Positions 9,602 to 20,552 of a stretch of 64,000 nucleotides of DNA are shown here, in pieces. Numbering within the stretch: position 1 is the first letter of the stretch; each line of letters opens with the position of its first letter. The notes beneath the pieces are model-generated. The model was not told the DNA's origin, did no database searches, and saw nothing but the letters and a program-made list of their open reading frames with translations. Source of the stretch: Desulfovibrio sp. (GTDB taxonomy: Bacteria > Desulfobacterota > Desulfovibrionia > Desulfovibrionales > Desulfovibrionaceae); the NCBI RefSeq assembly GCF_018379785.1, contig NZ_JAGZUV010000011.1:17788-81787 (forward strand), in the 5' to 3' direction. A program made the position numbers and the translations under genes.

Positions 9602-11161
9602 TTAGAAGCTGTACGCGAAGATCACCTGGGCTTTCCACATATCCTGCTTCTGGAAGGAGGATGCGCGGCTGCCGGCCTTTTTCCAGGTGTCGTTATCCAT
9701 GAAGTTGGCGATGTAGCCCAGTTCCAGATTGACGTCGAAGTTTTCGTACATCTGGTAGGAGTTGACCAGATTGAACTCCAGCAGGCCGTCATTGGTAGTC
9801 AGGTAGGGCGTCGAGGCGCTGTCGTCCCAGGTGGAAGTCCAGGCGTAGGCATTGCCCATGTACTTAACCATGGAAGTGGAGTTGGTGCCGCCCCAGTAGG
9901 CCACGCGGAAAGTGTGCTTGAGGTCATCCACAAAGCTCATATCGCGAATTTGCGCGCCGATGCCCCAAGTACCCGCATAATCGACGCCGAGGTCCTGCAT
10001 CATCCAGCCGTAGTTGCCGTCGCCCATAAAGGAGGTGAAGTTGCCCATGGGTACCAGGGAAGGCATGCGCTCGGAGCCGTTCTTGACGTTGCCGTCGTCG
10101 CCCGAACCGTACCAGCCGAAGATGCCGGGAACGCCCCAATCCATCTTGTATTCCACCAGGGCTTTGGCCAGCCAGCCCTGACGCTCAGTGCTGCCGCGCT
10201 TCAGATTGGTGACGTCATGCGCTCCCTTGTAGGCGTTGTAACGGCCCATGGCTTCCACATAGCCGTAATTGATGTCCACTTCGATGTTCAACGGATCCCA
10301 AGCCGTGACGGCGAATGGCAGCCCGGCCCAGAACATGGAACCGTAAGCCTTGCTGGTAGAGGAGCGACTATAGTCATTATCATCACGCATGAGCTTGCCA
10401 TACGGCATCAGGCTGTTGGTCAAATTGCCGTCACTGGTGGACCAATAAGGACTGTCGCCATTTTTCTTATAGTTATCTAGAGAATTTTGCCCCCGCATGC
10501 CGTACATGGCCCAGGGGGTGATCTCAAAGCCGTCCAGCTTCACGGGCACCATCAGAGCGAAAAGGTCGATATTGTCCAGATAGTTCTGCTCGTAGTGCCC
10601 GCTGTTGTGCAGATCACGTCCGCCAAAGTTGTCGTTGGCCGGACGCGCCCACAGGACGGTGAGTCCCACGTTTTCATTGAACTGGTAGGAGGCGGTGACG
10701 GCTGCGGCGTCGGTGTCCATAACGGCGGACCCGCCCGCCACATTGGGCAGGGTCACGCCCTGAATGCCCATGCGGAACTTCAGGTCGGTCTGGGGTACGA
10801 CCCAGTCGATATAGGCGCGCCTGACCTTGATCTGATTGGTCCCGTCAGCGCCCAGCGCGCCGCCGCTCTTTTCTTTGCCCCAGGTCTGGGTGCCGATTTC
10901 AAAGTAAACCGTGCCGGACAGGGCTTCGGAAGCCACGGCGTCCAACTGCAAACGCAGACGCTGGTTGGCCGCGAATTTGTCGTTGCTGTTGAACTTCTCC
11001 TTTTCCTGACCAACCTTGTGGGTCTTGCTGATCGGATTGGTGTCGCCCACGCCGAAGCCCATCAGCCACTGCCCCTTGGCCTTGAAGTCGATGGCCGACG
11101 CGCCCGTAGCCGCGCCCAGCAGCATGCCCGCTGTCAACAGCAATGTCAGAACCTTTTTCAT
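9602..11161 (-). CDS. outer-membrane porin (Desulfovibrio-type homotrimeric beta-barrel porin)
   Basis: 519 aa, signal peptide MKKVLTLLLTAGMLLGAATGASA, aromatic-rich alternating beta-strand pattern, C-terminal ...VIFAYSF. Confidence 0.75.
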   Translation of the reverse strand: MKKVLTLLLTAGMLLGAATGASAIDFKAKGQWLMGFGVGDTNPISKTHKVGQEKEKFNSNDKFAANQRLRLQLDAVASEALSGTVYFEIGTQTWGKEKSGGALGADGTNQIKVRRAYIDWVVPQTDLKFRMGIQGVTLPNVAGGSAVMDTDAAAVTASYQFNENVGLTVLWARPANDNFGGRDLHNSGHYEQNYLDNIDLFALMVPVKLDGFEITPWAMYGMRGQNSLDNYKKNGDSPYWSTSDGNLTNSLMPYGKLMRDDNDYSRSSTSKAYGSMFWAGLPFAVTAWDPLNIEVDINYGYVEAMGRYNAYKGAHDVTNLKRGSTERQGWLAKALVEYKMDWGVPGIFGWYGSGDDGNVKNGSERMPSLVPMGNFTSFMGDGNYGWMMQDLGVDYAGTWGIGAQIRDMSFVDDLKHTFRVAYWGGTNSTSMVKYMGNAYAWTSTWDDSASTPYLTTNDGLLEFNLVNSYQMYENFDVNLELGYIANFMDNDTWKKAGSRASSFQKQDMWKAQVIFAYSF

Positions 11162-11366
11162 CTTCCGCCTTCCTTTCTGTTACAATTACCGGGATAGCCC
11201 GGAGATTCTCCGCGCCCCATGCGCGGGAGAAAAATTTTGCCTTGCCTTCCGGCGCGCCGGTACGCCGCCGAAAAACGCAAAAAGCCCGAAAACGCGCCGC
11301 ACAGGACGCGTTTTCGGGCCAAATATCGTGCCGGCCGCCGCAGCGGCTGGAACTTATGCTAATTAT

Positions 11367-11403
<37 letters not shown>

Positions 11404-11645
11404 GGACAGGCGAAAGAACGGGCATCAGATGCAAGAGCGGCACGGCTCAAGGCGCCGGACGCGGCGTGCAGGCAGATGCTGCGGGAGGAAAAAGGCTGCC
11501 ACATAGCTATGCTCATGAATGTATCCATTTTTCTGTAAAAATTTTTATACCCGACCTCGACAAAAGGCAAGAAAAAATTCAGCCCGCCGGTTGGACAGCC
11601 GGGCGCGGGCCACCCCGACCGTTCAGGCCTGAAGTTCGGCCCTCA

Positions 11646-11674
11646 TTGACAGAGCTTTCGCAAGCGGATAAGAT
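11646..11674 (+). promoter_or_regulatory. candidate sigma70 promoter for guaB (TTGACA-17-TAAGAT)
   Basis: ttgaca at 11646, 17-bp spacer, taagat at 11669, ~45 bp upstream of guaB ATG. Confidence 0.5.
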
Positions 11675-11721
11675 GATTTGCTAAAGTTTATGCAATTATT
11701 TTAGCCCATTACGAGGAAGTC

Positions 11722-13179
11722 ATGTTCACCAATCGCGGCAAGGCGCTGACCTTTGACGACATTCTGCTGATTCCCGGCTATTCCGAAGTAACCCCCGACG
11801 CCGTTGACATCACTACCTGGCTCACGCCCTCCATCCCCCTGCGCATCCCCCTGCTCTCCGCCGCCATGGACACCGTGACGGAATCGGCCATGGCAATTTC
11901 CATGGCCCGCATGGGCGGCATCGGTATCGTCCACAAGAATATGCCCGTGGATCGCCAGCGCCTGGAAGTGGAACGGGTGAAAAAGAGCGAAAGCGGCATG
12001 ATCCTGGACCCGGTGACCATTTCCCCGCGCAATTCCGTGCAGGAAGCCCTGGATCTGATGTCCGACTTCCGCGTTTCGGGCCTGCCGGTGGTGGACGGCG
12101 AACGCCTGGTGGGCATCCTGACCAACCGCGACGTTCGTTTTGTGGAAGACGCCCAGGCCGTGCGCGTGGCCGACGTGATGACCAGCGACAAGCTGATCAC
12201 AGTGCCCATGGGCACCTCCCTGGCCGAGGCCAAGCGCCATCTGCACGAGCACCGCATCGAAAAGCTGCTGGTGGTGGATGAAAACAAGCGCCTGCGCGGC
12301 CTCATCACCATGAAGGACATCGACAAGGTCCAGAAATATCCCAACGCCTGCAAGGACGCCAACGGCCGCCTGCGCGTGGGCGCGGCCATCGGCATCGGCA
12401 AGGATTCCGAAGCCAGGGCCGAACAACTGCTGGAGGCCGGGGCCGACGTGCTGGTGCTGGACTCGGCCCACGGCCATTCGGTCAACGTGCTCAACGCCAT
12501 CCGCCAGGTCAAGTCGAGCTTCCCCAACTGCCAGCTCATCGCGGGCAACGTGGCCACGTATGAAGGCGCGCGCGCCATTCTGGAGGCCGGGGCCGACAGC
12601 GTGAAAGTGGGCATCGGGCCCGGCTCCATCTGCACCACCCGCATCGTGGCGGGCGTGGGCGTGCCCCAGGTCACGGCGGTCACGGACGGCAGCCGCGCCG
12701 CGCGCGAAATGGACCGCTGCTGCGTGGCCGACGGCGGCATCAAGTTCTCCGGCGACATCGTCAAGGCCCTGGTGGTGGGCGCGCACTCGGTGATGATCGG
12801 TTCCCTCTTCGCCGGTACCGAGGAAAGCCCGGGCGAAACCATTCTCTATCAGGGCCGCACCTACAAAATTTATCGCGGCATGGGCTCCATCGACGCCATG
12901 AAGGAAGGCAGCTCGGACCGTTATTTCCAGGAAAAGACCAAAAAGCTGGTGCCCGAAGGCATTGTGGGCCGCGTGCCCTACCGGGGCCCGGTCATGGATG
13001 CCGTATACCAGCTCATGGGCGGCCTGCGCTCGGGCATGGGCTATGTGGGGGCCAAGACTCTGGACGACCTTTTCCAGAACACCACCTTCTGCGAGATTTC
13101 CGCCGCCGGTCTGCGCGAAAGCCATGTGCACGACGTGGTCATCACCAAGGAAGCGCCCAACTACCGCATCGAGAACTAG
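11722..13179 (+). CDS. guaB: inosine-5'-monophosphate dehydrogenase
   Basis: 485 aa, [23 protein letters not shown]..., CBS pair, catalytic [11 protein letters not shown]. Confidence 0.95.
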   Translation: MFTNRGKALTFDDILLIPGYSEVTPDAVDITTWLTPSIPLRIPLLSAAMDTVTESAMAISMARMGGIGIVHKNMPVDRQRLEVERVKKSESGMILDPVTISPRNSVQEALDLMSDFRVSGLPVVDGERLVGILTNRDVRFVEDAQAVRVADVMTSDKLITVPMGTSLAEAKRHLHEHRIEKLLVVDENKRLRGLITMKDIDKVQKYPNACKDANGRLRVGAAIGIGKDSEARAEQLLEAGADVLVLDSAHGHSVNVLNAIRQVKSSFPNCQLIAGNVATYEGARAILEAGADSVKVGIGPGSICTTRIVAGVGVPQVTAVTDGSRAAREMDRCCVADGGIKFSGDIVKALVVGAHSVMIGSLFAGTEESPGETILYQGRTYKIYRGMGSIDAMKEGSSDRYFQEKTKKLVPEGIVGRVPYRGPVMDAVYQLMGGLRSGMGYVGAKTLDDLFQNTTFCEISAAGLRESHVHDVVITKEAPNYRIEN

Positions 13180-13201
13180 CCCGCACGGGCGAGGATGGAA
13201 C

Positions 13202-14746
13202 ATGCCGCACAGCAAAGTCATTATCATCGACTACGGCTCCCAGGTCACCCAGCTCATTGCCCGCCGCGTGCGCGAGGCCGGGGTGTATTCCGAAATCCAT
13301 TCCTGTGTGACCACCGCCGCGCAGGTGGCGGAAATGCATCCCTCGGCCCTGATTCTTTCCGGCGGGCCGGCCAGCGTGGGCGAGACCGACGCCCCGGCCA
13401 TGGACCCCGGCTTTCTGGAACTGGGCGTGCCGGTGCTGGGCATCTGCTACGGCATGCAGCTTCTGGCCCGGAACATGGGCGGGCAACTGGCCCAGTCCCT
13501 GACGCGGGAATACGGCCCGGCGGAACTGACCTTCAGCGCGCCCTGCGCGCTCTGGGACGGCCTGGACGCCCGGAGCCCTTCCAGGGTCTGGATGAGCCAC
13601 GGCGACAAGGTGCTGGCCCCGCCGCCGGGCTTCACGGTGACGGGACGCACGCCCACCCTGGACGTGGCGGCCATGGCCGACGAAAAACGCGGGATCTACG
13701 CCGTGCAGTTTCATCCCGAAGTGCACCACAGCGTGGACGGCGAGCGCATTCTGCAAAACTTCCTGTTCAAGGTGGCCCATATCACGCCGGACTGGACCAT
13801 GTCCTCCTTTGTGGAGCGCGTGGTCAAGGAAATGGCCGAGCAGGTGGGCGACAGGCATGTGGTCTGCGCCCTGTCCGGCGGCATCGACTCCACAGTGGTG
13901 GCGGCTCTGCTGCACCGGGCCATCGGCAAGCGCCTGCACTGCATTTTTGTGGACAACGGCCTGTTGCGTCTGAACGAAGGCGAGGAAGTGGTCAATTATC
14001 TGCGCGAGCACTTCGACCTCAATCTCGATTTTGTGCAGGCCCGGGAGCGCTTCCTCTCCCGCCTCAAGGGCGTGGAAGACCCGGAGAAAAAACGCAAGAT
14101 CATCGGACACACCTTTATTGAAATCTTCGACGAGGAAGCCAAAAAACTGCCCCAGGTGGACTTTCTGGCCCAGGGCACGCTGTACCCCGACGTCATTGAG
14201 TCCGTCTCGCACAAGGGCCCCAGCGCGGTGATCAAAAGCCACCACAATGTGGGCGGCCTGCCCGACACCATGAAACTCAAGCTCATCGAACCGCTGCGCG
14301 AGCTCTTCAAGGATGAAGTGCGCAAAGTGGCGGCGGAACTGGGCATGCCCGACGCCATTGTCTGGCGGCATCCCTTCCCCGGTCCGGGGCTGGCAATCCG
14401 CGTGCTGGGGGAAATCACCGAGGAACGCCTGGGCATCCTGCGCCTGGCCGACAGGATCGTGCAGGAGGAACTGCGCGAATCCGGCTGGTACCGCAAGGTC
14501 TGGCAGGGCTTCGCGGTACTGCTGCCGCTCAAGACCGTGGGCGTCATGGGCGACGGCCGCACCTACGAGCACGTCATCGCCCTGCGCGTGGTGGACAGCG
14601 TGGACGCCATGACTGCGGACTGGGCCCGCCTGCCCGCGGATCTCATCGCGCGCATGTCCGGCCGGATCATCAATGAAGTCAAGGGCGTCAACCGCGTGGT
14701 TTATGATGTTTCCTCCAAGCCGCCCAGCACTATTGAGTGGGAATAA
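13202..14746 (+). CDS. guaA: GMP synthase (glutamine-hydrolysing)
   Basis: [25 protein letters not shown]...GICYGMQ...[10 protein letters not shown]...; start chosen at ATG 13202 within longer ORF 12962..14746. Confidence 0.95.
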   Translation: MPHSKVIIIDYGSQVTQLIARRVREAGVYSEIHSCVTTAAQVAEMHPSALILSGGPASVGETDAPAMDPGFLELGVPVLGICYGMQLLARNMGGQLAQSLTREYGPAELTFSAPCALWDGLDARSPSRVWMSHGDKVLAPPPGFTVTGRTPTLDVAAMADEKRGIYAVQFHPEVHHSVDGERILQNFLFKVAHITPDWTMSSFVERVVKEMAEQVGDRHVVCALSGGIDSTVVAALLHRAIGKRLHCIFVDNGLLRLNEGEEVVNYLREHFDLNLDFVQARERFLSRLKGVEDPEKKRKIIGHTFIEIFDEEAKKLPQVDFLAQGTLYPDVIESVSHKGPSAVIKSHHNVGGLPDTMKLKLIEPLRELFKDEVRKVAAELGMPDAIVWRHPFPGPGLAIRVLGEITEERLGILRLADRIVQEELRESGWYRKVWQGFAVLLPLKTVGVMGDGRTYEHVIALRVVDSVDAMTADWARLPADLIARMSGRIINEVKGVNRVVYDVSSKPPSTIEWE

Positions 14747-14755
14747 GGAGGCTCT

Positions 14756-15313
14756 ATGTTCGGCATAGGCAGCACGGAACTTCTGGTCATCCTGGTGGTG
14801 GCGCTGATTGTGCTGGGGCCCAAAAGCCTCGCCAGCATCTCGCGCACCCTGGGCAAGGCCATGGGAGAATTCCGGCGCGTTTCCACGGACTTTCAGCGCA
14901 CGCTCAATGCCGAGGTAGCGCAGGAAGAGGACGAAGAGCGCCGCAAGAAGGCGGCGGAAAAAGCCGCCAAAACAGCGGCTGAGGCTGAAGCGGCCAAGGC
15001 CGCCAGGCAGGAGCGCGCCGCATCCGGCGAAGGAACGCCGACGGAAGAAGCAGCTGCCCCGGAAACCTCCGGCACGGAAGCCGCGCGGGCTCAGGCTGAA
15101 ACGGAGGCCCCCTCTGCCGCCACGGCAGCCCCGGCTCCGGACGCATCGGGAACCGGCCCCACCATCGACGTGACGGCCGCGCCGCCGGAGCCTCCAGCGG
15201 GCAGCCCTCTGGCCGATGCCCTGGCCAGGACCAAAGCCGAAGCCGAGAGCGGAACCGCCGCGCCCCGCAGCGACAACGCCGCTCCGGCCGCTGACAACGG
15301 CGGCAAGGCATGA
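14756..15313 (+). CDS. tatB: twin-arginine translocase TatA/TatB-family protein (TatB-like, A/E-rich tail)
   Basis: MFGIGSTELLVILVVALIVLGPKSLASISRTLGKAMGEFRR... canonical TatA/B N-terminus. Confidence 0.8.
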   Translation: MFGIGSTELLVILVVALIVLGPKSLASISRTLGKAMGEFRRVSTDFQRTLNAEVAQEEDEERRKKAAEKAAKTAAEAEAAKAARQERAASGEGTPTEEAAAPETSGTEAARAQAETEAPSAATAAPAPDASGTGPTIDVTAAPPEPPAGSPLADALARTKAEAESGTAAPRSDNAAPAADNGGKA

Positions 15314-16584
15314 GCGGCCCGGAAGACAAGCTGCGGGCCCCGGAAGCCGTAGCGGAAAGCGACGCTCCCGCTGTTCCCGTGGACGCTGCCGCCGCGGCTG
15401 ACAGCTCCGCCGGACCTGAAAGCGTCACGGCGGCCGTAAGTCCGTCTGAACACGCGGAACAGCCCGGCCCGGAGGACGGAACGGGCCCTGCGGATTTCGC
15501 GGATTTTGAGAGTTCCACGTTTTCAGGGCCCGAATGGCAACCCGACGCGCCCGCCACCGGAGTAAATGCGCATACGGGCGACGCTGACGCGCCGTCTCCG
15601 GACGTGGCCGCCCAACTGGCGGCCGAGCTGGCCCACACGGCGGAGCCCAATGCCGCCGCTGCCGACGGCATGAACGGCGCGCCGCCGCTGCCGCCTTCCC
15701 CTCCCACGGACACGCCCGCCGGGTCCCCCGCTGGACCGCCCGCGCCCAGGACGGACGGCAGCCCGGCCCCGGCGGAAGACGAAGAGGGCGAGGAAGCCGC
15801 GGGCAAGCCCATGAGCCTCATGGACCATCTGGGCGAGTTGCGTGTGCGCCTGGTGCGCTGCTGCATTGCCGTGGGCCTGGGCTTTCTGGCCTGCTGGGCC
15901 GTGGTGGACCCCATTTTCAACGCCTTGGTGGATCCGCTGCTGGCCGTTCTGCCCAAAGGTTCACACGCCATCTACACCACCTTGCCCGAAGGCTTTTTCA
16001 CCCGCATGTACATCGCCTTCGTGGCCGGTGTCTTCGTATCCAGCCCAGTCATTTTCTATCAGGTCTGGTCTTTTATCGCTCCCGGCCTGTATGAAGAGGA
16101 AAAACGCTACATCATCCCGGTGGCCGTGCTTTCGGCCCTGTTTTTCATGGCCGGCGGCGCGTTCTGTTATTTCGTGGTCTTTCCCTATGCCTTCAGCTTT
16201 TTTGTGAGCTTCGCCACGGAAAGCATCGTGGCCATGCCCAAGGTCAGCGATTACCTGGGCTTTGTGCTCAAACTGATTCTGGCCTTCGGCCTGATCTTTG
16301 AAATGCCGCTGTTCGCCTTTTTCCTCGCGCGCATGGGCCTGATTACCGCGACCATGATGCGCAAGGCCCGGCGTTACGCCATCCTGGCCATCTTCGTGGT
16401 GGCCGCCATTCTGACCCCGCCGGACGTGGTTTCGCAGCTCCTGATGGCCTGCCCCATGCTGGTGCTCTATGAACTGAGTATTCTGGTGGCAGCCACGTTC
16501 GGACGCAAAAAGGCAAAATCCGAGTCCGAAGAAAACGCCGGAGCCCAGGCCGAAAGCGATGAAAAAAACGCGGAGGAAGCATGA
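15310..16584 (+). CDS. tatC: twin-arginine translocase subunit TatC (start ambiguous: ORF start 15310 gives a 167-aa Ala/Pro/Asp-rich N-terminal extension; conserved TatC begins near ATG 15811)
   Basis: From [29 protein letters not shown]... 6-TM TatC core; upstream part low-complexity. Confidence 0.75.
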   Translation: MSGPEDKLRAPEAVAESDAPAVPVDAAAAADSSAGPESVTAAVSPSEHAEQPGPEDGTGPADFADFESSTFSGPEWQPDAPATGVNAHTGDADAPSPDVAAQLAAELAHTAEPNAAAADGMNGAPPLPPSPPTDTPAGSPAGPPAPRTDGSPAPAEDEEGEEAAGKPMSLMDHLGELRVRLVRCCIAVGLGFLACWAVVDPIFNALVDPLLAVLPKGSHAIYTTLPEGFFTRMYIAFVAGVFVSSPVIFYQVWSFIAPGLYEEEKRYIIPVAVLSALFFMAGGAFCYFVVFPYAFSFFVSFATESIVAMPKVSDYLGFVLKLILAFGLIFEMPLFAFFLARMGLITATMMRKARRYAILAIFVVAAILTPPDVVSQLLMACPMLVLYELSILVAATFGRKKAKSESEENAGAQAESDEKNAEEA

Positions 16585-17180
16585 GCGCGCACGTCCCGCG
16601 TGAAGCCGCGCAAGAGCGGCACAGCGCGGAAACCCGCATCAGCCTGCGCCTGAATCTGGACGGCGAGGGCAAGACCCGGATCCAAACCGGTTTCGGCCTG
16701 CTGGACCACATGCTGACCCTGGCCATGTTCTGGGCGGGCATGGACTTGCAGCTCTCCTGCCAGGGAGATCTGAATGTGGACGCCCACCACAGCGTGGAAG
16801 ACGTGGGCCTGACCTTGGGGCGCGCCCTGCTGCAAGCCTTGGGCGACAGGGCGGGCATCGCCCGCGTGGGCTACGGCCGCGTGCCCATGGACGAGGCGCT
16901 CAGCGAGGTGACGGTGGATCTTTCCGGCCGCCCCTGGCTGGAGTGGCGCGGCGACGAGCTGCTGCCGCCGGTTATGGCCGGAGAGGAAAAAGATCTCTGG
17001 CGTGAATTTTACAAAGCTCTGGCGAGCAGCGCCCGCTGCAATCTGCACATTGCCTTTTTATACGGCAAAAACGGCCACCACCTGCTGGAATCGGCCGCCA
17101 AAGGCCTGGGCCTGGCCCTGCGCCAGGCCGTGCAGCGCCAGGGCACAACCATCAGAAGCACCAAGGGAGGCCTTGATTAA
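16581..17180 (+). CDS. hisB: imidazoleglycerol-phosphate dehydratase
   Basis: 199 aa, ...[59 protein letters not shown]... Confidence 0.9.
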   Translation: MSAHVPREAAQERHSAETRISLRLNLDGEGKTRIQTGFGLLDHMLTLAMFWAGMDLQLSCQGDLNVDAHHSVEDVGLTLGRALLQALGDRAGIARVGYGRVPMDEALSEVTVDLSGRPWLEWRGDELLPPVMAGEEKDLWREFYKALASSARCNLHIAFLYGKNGHHLLESAAKGLGLALRQAVQRQGTTIRSTKGGLD

Positions 17181-17836
17181 TGCGTACTCGCCTGCATATA
17201 TCGTTATTGATTCTGTTTTGCCTGATCCTGGCCGTTTCCTGCGCCAGGCGGCCGCGCAGCACGGCCGAGGTGCCGCGCCCCATTTCCTCCACCTACAAAA
17301 TCTCCGTGGCGCCCTTTACCCAGCCCACCAACGCCAGCCAGCTTATTGTGGGACGCATCCCTGAAGAACAGGGCCGTATTCCCGCCGACATGCTGCCGGC
17401 TCTGGACATGAAACTGCGCGAAGTGCTGATCACAGGCACCAAGCGCCAGTATACCTTTATTGCCCGCCAGAATCTGCCGCCGGATCTGACCACGTTTCAC
17501 AGTTCCGAGCAGCCCCAGGCCCTGCCCCTCTGGGTGGCTTACGGTAAAAAGCAGGGCGCGCAGTTGCTGCTGATCCCCCAGGTGCTGGACTGGCACCAGC
17601 GCGAGGGTTCCAAGGCGGGCGTCACCGAGTCGGCCCACGTGCGCGTGGAGTTCTTTTTGCTCAAGGTGGACGACGGCACGCTGATGAACCGCTCCATCTT
17701 TGAGGAAAAACAGGTGGGCCTGACGGAAAACCTGCTCACCGTGGGCTCCTTCTTCAAACGCCGCGGCACCTGGGTCACGGCCGAGGATCTCACCGTGGAC
17801 GGCATGCGCAAAGCGGTCAAGGATCTGGGCTTATGA
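17180..17836 (+). CDS. hypothetical lipoprotein (signal peptide + lipobox LAVSC)
   Basis: 218 aa, [25 protein letters not shown]...; embedded between hisB and hisA. Confidence 0.6.
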   Translation: MRTRLHISLLILFCLILAVSCARRPRSTAEVPRPISSTYKISVAPFTQPTNASQLIVGRIPEEQGRIPADMLPALDMKLREVLITGTKRQYTFIARQNLPPDLTTFHSSEQPQALPLWVAYGKKQGAQLLLIPQVLDWHQREGSKAGVTESAHVRVEFFLLKVDDGTLMNRSIFEEKQVGLTENLLTVGSFFKRRGTWVTAEDLTVDGMRKAVKDLGL

Positions 17837-18576
17837 TCATTTTCCCGGCGGTGGACATTCAGAACGGCAAAGCCGTGCGCCTCAAACAGGGCCGCGCCCA
17901 GGATTCCACGGTTTTCGCCGAGGATCCGGTGGAGGCGGCCCGCACCTGGCAGGCGCGCGGCGCGCGCTGGCTGCATGTGGTGGACCTGGACGGCGCGTTT
18001 GACGGCGCGGCCCAGAGCCGGGCCATTGTGCAACGCATCTGCCGGGAGCTCAGCATTCCCGTGCAACTGGGCGGCGGCATCCGCGACGAGGCCACGGCCC
18101 GCGCTTATCTGGAGGCCGGGGTGACCCGCCTGATCATCGGCACCCTGGCCTTGGAACAGCCCGAACTGTTCGCCCGCCTCTGCCGCGCCTTTCCCGGCCG
18201 AATCGGCGTCTCGCTGGACGCCGAGGCCGGGCGCCTCAAGAGCCGGGGCTGGGTGGCGGAGACCGGCCTGACGGTGGACGACGTGTTGCCCCGGCTTCAG
18301 GACGACGGCGCGGCCTTCATCATTTATACGGACATTGAGCGCGACGGCATGCAGAGCGGCGTCAATCTGCCCGCTCTGAGCCATCTGGCCCATGCTGCCC
18401 GCGTGCCGGTCATTGCCGCCGGCGGCGTCGCCACGCTGGAAGACGTGCAAAAACTTTATCCTTTGAGCCGCGACAGCCGGTTGGCCGGTGCCGTCAGCGG
18501 GCGCGCCCTGTACGCGGGCACGCTGGAGCTGGAAGAAGCCAACGCCTGGATCGACGCCCGGGAGGCGACGGCTTAA
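17833..18576 (+). CDS. hisA: 1-(5-phosphoribosyl)-5-[(5-phosphoribosylamino)methylideneamino]imidazole-4-carboxamide isomerase
   Basis: 247 aa, [20 protein letters not shown]...[10 protein letters not shown]... Confidence 0.9.
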   Translation: MIIFPAVDIQNGKAVRLKQGRAQDSTVFAEDPVEAARTWQARGARWLHVVDLDGAFDGAAQSRAIVQRICRELSIPVQLGGGIRDEATARAYLEAGVTRLIIGTLALEQPELFARLCRAFPGRIGVSLDAEAGRLKSRGWVAETGLTVDDVLPRLQDDGAAFIIYTDIERDGMQSGVNLPALSHLAHAARVPVIAAGGVATLEDVQKLYPLSRDSRLAGAVSGRALYAGTLELEEANAWIDAREATA

Positions 18577-18588
18577 GCCCGAAGAGTT

Positions 18589-19353
18589 ATGCGCATCTTC
18601 TTTCTGCTCCTACAGGCATTTATTCTGATGACCCTGGGAGCGGCCCTATCCTCCCTGCTCGGCGAATTCGCCCTGCACATCGGCGGCGCGACGTCTCAGG
18701 CCCTGATTCTTTTATGCCTGCTGGCCGACGGAGGCGTGCTGTTCAGCGGTCCCTTTGTCGCGTTGGCGGCGGCCATGTTCATTTTTCTGCTGCTCTCGGG
18801 CTACCGCATGCTGCGCTGGGCGCGCTGGTTCGGCGTTGTCCTTAACCTCGGCCTGATCTGGCTCGGCCTGCGTTGGAATTTCGCGCCGCTTCTGATCGTC
18901 TATTTCGCCTGCAACGGCCTTATGCTGGCGCTGGTGCCCAAGCGTCCGGACATGGCCCTCACCCTGCGCTGGGGAAGTCTGCTCCACGACGGCCTCTGGG
19001 GCCTTCTGGTTCTGCTCTGTCTGTTGACGGACCCGCCGGGAGCCGCGCCGCTCGCTCTGGCCTGCGTGCTGCCGCTTGTTTTCCTGTTCCGGGCCAATCA
19101 GAAAGCCGCGCAGCGTCTGACCGCCGACGGCGTTTTCCGTCCGGCTCTGAAAACCTTTGCCGTCACCGCTCTGATCACTCTGGCGCTTGCCCTTCTGGTG
19201 CCTTTGCTCGCCCCCTTCGCGGGCTTGAGCTGCCTCTTTTTGCTGTTCTGCCTGGAGATGCGCTATCTTTTCCCCGGCACGCCGCCTCTTCCCGGCAGCC
19301 GACAGGCGTTTCTGGTCCGCCTGCTGGGACGCATGCCCGCCGCGGCGGCCTGA
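18589..19353 (+). CDS. hypothetical polytopic membrane protein
   Basis: 254 aa, 6-7 hydrophobic segments, no recognisable motif. Confidence 0.45.
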   Translation: MRIFFLLLQAFILMTLGAALSSLLGEFALHIGGATSQALILLCLLADGGVLFSGPFVALAAAMFIFLLLSGYRMLRWARWFGVVLNLGLIWLGLRWNFAPLLIVYFACNGLMLALVPKRPDMALTLRWGSLLHDGLWGLLVLLCLLTDPPGAAPLALACVLPLVFLFRANQKAAQRLTADGVFRPALKTFAVTALITLALALLVPLLAPFAGLSCLFLLFCLEMRYLFPGTPPLPGSRQAFLVRLLGRMPAAAA

Positions 19354-19410
19354 GCGTCGGTAAAATCCGCGGGGCAACGGGCCAGGCAAACAGTCTGCCC
19401 GGCCAAGCTA

Positions 19411-19521
19411 GGGCAGACGCATCTAATTCGGTAACTATTTGAAATTATTAATATATAATAAAATATATTTGTTGTTCGTAGCAAATAATTTCAAATAGTT
19501 AGATGCTACGTGCGTCTGCCC
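19411..19521. mobile_element. MITE-like element: ~111 bp, imperfect terminal inverted repeats (GGGCAGACGCATCTAA / TTAGATGC..GCGTCTGCCC), AT-rich core, flanked by 8-bp direct repeat GGCCAAGC
   Basis: Left arm 19411.. gggcagacgcatctaattcggtaactatttgaaattatt, right arm ..aataatttcaaatagttagatgctacgtgcgtctgccc 19521; flanking cccGGCCAAGCt / gccGGCCAAGCc. Confidence 0.6.
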
Positions 19522-19737
19522 TGCCGGCCAAGCCCCACCGCCTTGCCAAAGTCCCGGCCCACGCTTATGATCTGTACATGTGCGCCATTCATCTTCCCAT
19601 CCGCCGTCTGTTCTGCGGCTTCCCTGAAGAGCGCTACTGGCGCTCCCTGCTCTAAACCCGCATCTTCCGTCCTCCGGCTGAAAAGGCCGCTGTCACGCGG
19701 CCTCTGTCACATCCGTTTTTTTTGCGGGGAATTTTAT

Positions 19738-20181
19738 ATGCTGACCACCAAACCGTTTCACTGGTATTGCCTGCTGGGAGCCATTGCTCTGGAAGTGGGC
19801 GGCACCACCGTCATGAAGCTGGCCCAAGGCTGGACCTTCGCCCATGCCGCCCTGCTGGGCCTGCTTCTCATGTGGCTGGCCATCGGCCTTTCCTATTATC
19901 TGTTGGCGCTTTCCACCACCGGCCTGCCCGTGGGCGTGGCCTTCGCTTTCTGGGAAGGCCTGGGCCTGACCCTGATCACTCTTTCCAGCGTGCTGATCCT
20001 GAACGAGGCGCTGACCTTCAAACGCGTTCTGGGCCTGATCTGCGTGCTGGCCGGGGCTCTGCTGGTGCACCACGGCACGGGCCACGGCGAAAGCCGGAAG
20101 CCGCGCCCGCGCGACGCCAAGGGCGGCTCTTCCCCCGGCGCAGAAAGCACGGACGCCGCGCCGGGCGCGGGGAGGCCGTGA
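19738..20181 (+). CDS. small multidrug resistance (SMR) family transporter subunit, with charged C-terminal tail
   Basis: MLTTKPFHWYCLLGAIALEVGGTTVMKLAQGW... 4-TM SMR pattern with conserved Glu in TM1; start at ATG 19738 inside ORF 19510..20181. Confidence 0.75.
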   Translation: MLTTKPFHWYCLLGAIALEVGGTTVMKLAQGWTFAHAALLGLLLMWLAIGLSYYLLALSTTGLPVGVAFAFWEGLGLTLITLSSVLILNEALTFKRVLGLICVLAGALLVHHGTGHGESRKPRPRDAKGGSSPGAESTDAAPGAGRP

Positions 20182-20519
20182 TGCACGCCCTTGCCGCCTT
20201 CTTCAATCTTTCCGTGCTGCTGGTCATCCTGGCCGCTGTTCTGGATATTCTGGCCAACCTGCTGCTGGCGCGCTCCCAGGGATTCCACCGCCGCTGGATA
20301 GGTTTCACGGCCCTGGCTCTGGTGGGTCTGGCTTTTTACTGCCTCTCCCTGGCGGTCAAAAACATGGATCTGGCCGTGGCCTACGCCATGTGGGGCAGCT
20401 TCGGCATTCTGGGCACCTCGCTGGGCGGCTGGCTTTTCTTCAATCAGCGCCTCAAGCCCTGCGCCTTCGCCGGTATGGGCCTGCTTATCGCGGGCATGCT
20501 GCTGTTGCATCTGGGGTAA
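20181..20519 (+). CDS. SMR family transporter subunit (paired with upstream gene; heterodimeric SMR)
   Basis: MHALAAFFNLSVLLVILAAVLDILANLLLARSQGF... 4 TM; ATG overlaps upstream stop (gTGATG). Confidence 0.7.
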   Translation: MHALAAFFNLSVLLVILAAVLDILANLLLARSQGFHRRWIGFTALALVGLAFYCLSLAVKNMDLAVAYAMWGSFGILGTSLGGWLFFNQRLKPCAFAGMGLLIAGMLLLHLG

Positions 20520-20552
20520 ACAGCCCGCAGAATTTCAGACAAGGAGGGACCA

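Noticed and set aside
12962-13201. Upstream extension of the guaA ORF overlapping the guaB 3' end
   Set aside because: Conserved GuaA N-terminus ([14 protein letters not shown]) begins at ATG 13202; upstream part is in guaB coding sequence in another frame
19510-19737. 76-aa N-terminal extension of the first SMR ORF
   Set aside because: Pro/Ser/Cys-rich, not SMR-like; canonical SMR start MLTTKPFHWY at 19738
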